A stretch of 63,606 nt of DNA, counting the filler, from Globobulimina sp. (taxonomy: Eukaryota): assembly GCA_003354225.1 (NCBI GenBank). It is 54 parts of 54 records of this genome, joined end to end, with 100 filler letters (N's around TTAATTAATTAA, not from the genome) between each part and the next. Parts side by side here need not be neighbours in the genome. Positions count along the whole stretch, not along the records: positions 61,351 to 62,428 come from PIVH01024108.1; positions 62,529 to 63,606 come from PIVH01024109.1; 52 more parts are not named here. One strand, written 5' to 3'. Shown in pieces: positions 62,268-63,606 of this stretch. The number at the start of each line of letters is the position of its first letter. Position 1 is the first letter of the stretch. The position numbers and the translations under genes were made by a program. The notes below the pieces were generated by a model. The model saw only the letters and a list, made by a program, of their open reading frames with translations. It did no database searches and was not told the DNA's origin.

Positions 62268-62619
62268 CTATAGTTTTTTATGCATGCAAATGGGTATTTA
62301 TTATTTATAAAATATATAAATTGTTCAATGATATTTTTTATTTATTTTTTTTTTTCAACTTTTTTTTTTTGTGTTTTTTTTTTTGTTTTTTTTTTTTGTT
62401 TTTTTTTTTTTTTTTTTTTTTTTTTGGTNNNNNNNNNNNNNNNNNNNNNNNNNNNNNNNNNNNNNNNNNNNNTTAATTAATTAANNNNNNNNNNNNNNNN
62501 NNNNNNNNNNNNNNNNNNNNNNNNNNNNGAACCCCGCGCCCATCTCTAGTCGTGGCTTTAGCCTTCAGCCTAACGGACGAGTGAAGGGGGGCCTCCACAA
62601 TCCACATAGCCGAGAGCTA

Positions 62620-63506
62620 AGGGACTGTCGATAAATTAACGCGGCGCGGGGACATGGCTCCGGCGACGCGCTACATGGCGCGGTGCCGCGTTAAGCACGC
62701 GGCTCGGCGCCATGCTGTGACTGATGGCCCAGGTGTTAATTAGGTAATAAGTGGGAGAACGACCATATGTGAGGTCTGCTATTTGATACATAGAATAATA
62801 CTAAACGCCAGACACACCTTATGCCTTAACAGTTTTTAGCTGCAAACAAAACTCCTTGCTATATTAGTCAGTCGAGTCGATCGGTTGGTTTACTCCTAAA
62901 GCGTTTGTAGAAATGTTTAATGCTCAGGATGAGTTAGACTATTATTTGTGCGATAGACCTATTTGCCCTTCTATTAGTATGTTGTCTAAAATATCCTATT
63001 TTTAACATCCTACTTATACAAATTTATAATTTTTGACAAAAATTTCGTAAAATGGTTCAAATTATCGGTACCCACTTATAATAGCATACCATTTTCCCTA
63101 ATACTCTTATCGTGAGATACTAGCATACTGTACGTATTCTCTCAAATATGAGTGGAGTTATGAATATGAGAATACGTTATTTCTGTAAATGGTATAAAGG
63201 GAAGCGCTGGTAGTAAGGTACCTACTACTGTATTGGTATGCAGTTATATAAAAGTGATAATAGATATAGTATTCCTATAAAAATGAGATAATTGTTGAGT
63301 CCTATGTGATAGAGTATGCCAATTGCCAATAGAGCCGAATTATTAGGTAGCGCCTGGTCTGCTATTATACAATAGCTTTAACAAATAAAACAGCTGTTTA
63401 GTGACAAGTAGCGTGGCTCCGGAGCCACGATCGAACGTGGCGCGGTGCCGCGTTACGCGGCACCACGCTACATGGCGCCGCGCCGCGTAATTAATCGACA
63501 GTCCCT
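62620..63506. mobile_element. Non-autonomous TIR element (~887 bp) with GC-rich palindromic subterminal repeats
   Basis: AGGGACTGTCGATAAATTAACGCGGCGCGG / CCGCGCCGCGTAATTAATCGACAGTCCCT; TA on both flanks. Confidence 0.85.
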
Positions 63507-63606
63507 TAAATAATATCTGTTAATTTTTTTAGGTCAAGAATCATTTATGGTTGTTTGTCAATTGTTTGATTGTTAATCCGACGTTCGATTCACAAACAAA
63601 AGAAAA

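Noticed and set aside
62330-62428. Poly-T run ORF
   Set aside because: Homopolymer at the contig end, not coding
62880-63005. WFTPKAF peptide as phage-type adenine methyltransferase fragment
   Set aside because: Too short; no NPPY or other supporting motif

Overview
This window is not a contiguous locus. It is 54 unrelated short contigs (about 1081 bp falling to 1078 bp, sorted by length) joined by identical artificial 100-bp linkers (N44-TTAATTAATTAA-N44, stops in all six frames), so adjacency across linkers has no biological meaning. Most contigs are AT-rich eukaryotic DNA with short GT-AG introns and a family mix (TM-RGS, SAM, Kelch-like, MATH-like, globin, Cys-less pLGIC) that I infer to be a protist, probably foraminiferan/rhizarian. 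Recognisable gene fragments include SPT16, FBPase, cystathionine gamma-lyase, alpha-carbonic anhydrase, SLC26/SulP, RCC1 repeats, DUF455, a 2OG-Fe(II) oxygenase and MIB/HERC2. Mobile DNA includes two DIRS/Ngaro-type RTs, a CRE/SLACS-type RT, a Helitron helicase and several TIR elements. Two contigs are bacteriophage. The most interesting signal is apparent gene capture by non-autonomous inverted-repeat elements: (1) a 615-bp element with perfect 26-bp TIRs and a TA target duplication, carrying an internally deleted RTF1/Plus3 fragment and inserted into a decayed RNAi-type RdRP gene; (2) a long-inverted-repeat element enclosing a pseudogenised RyR-domain fragment, whose arm recurs in another contig. 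All family calls are by motif recognition, not database search.
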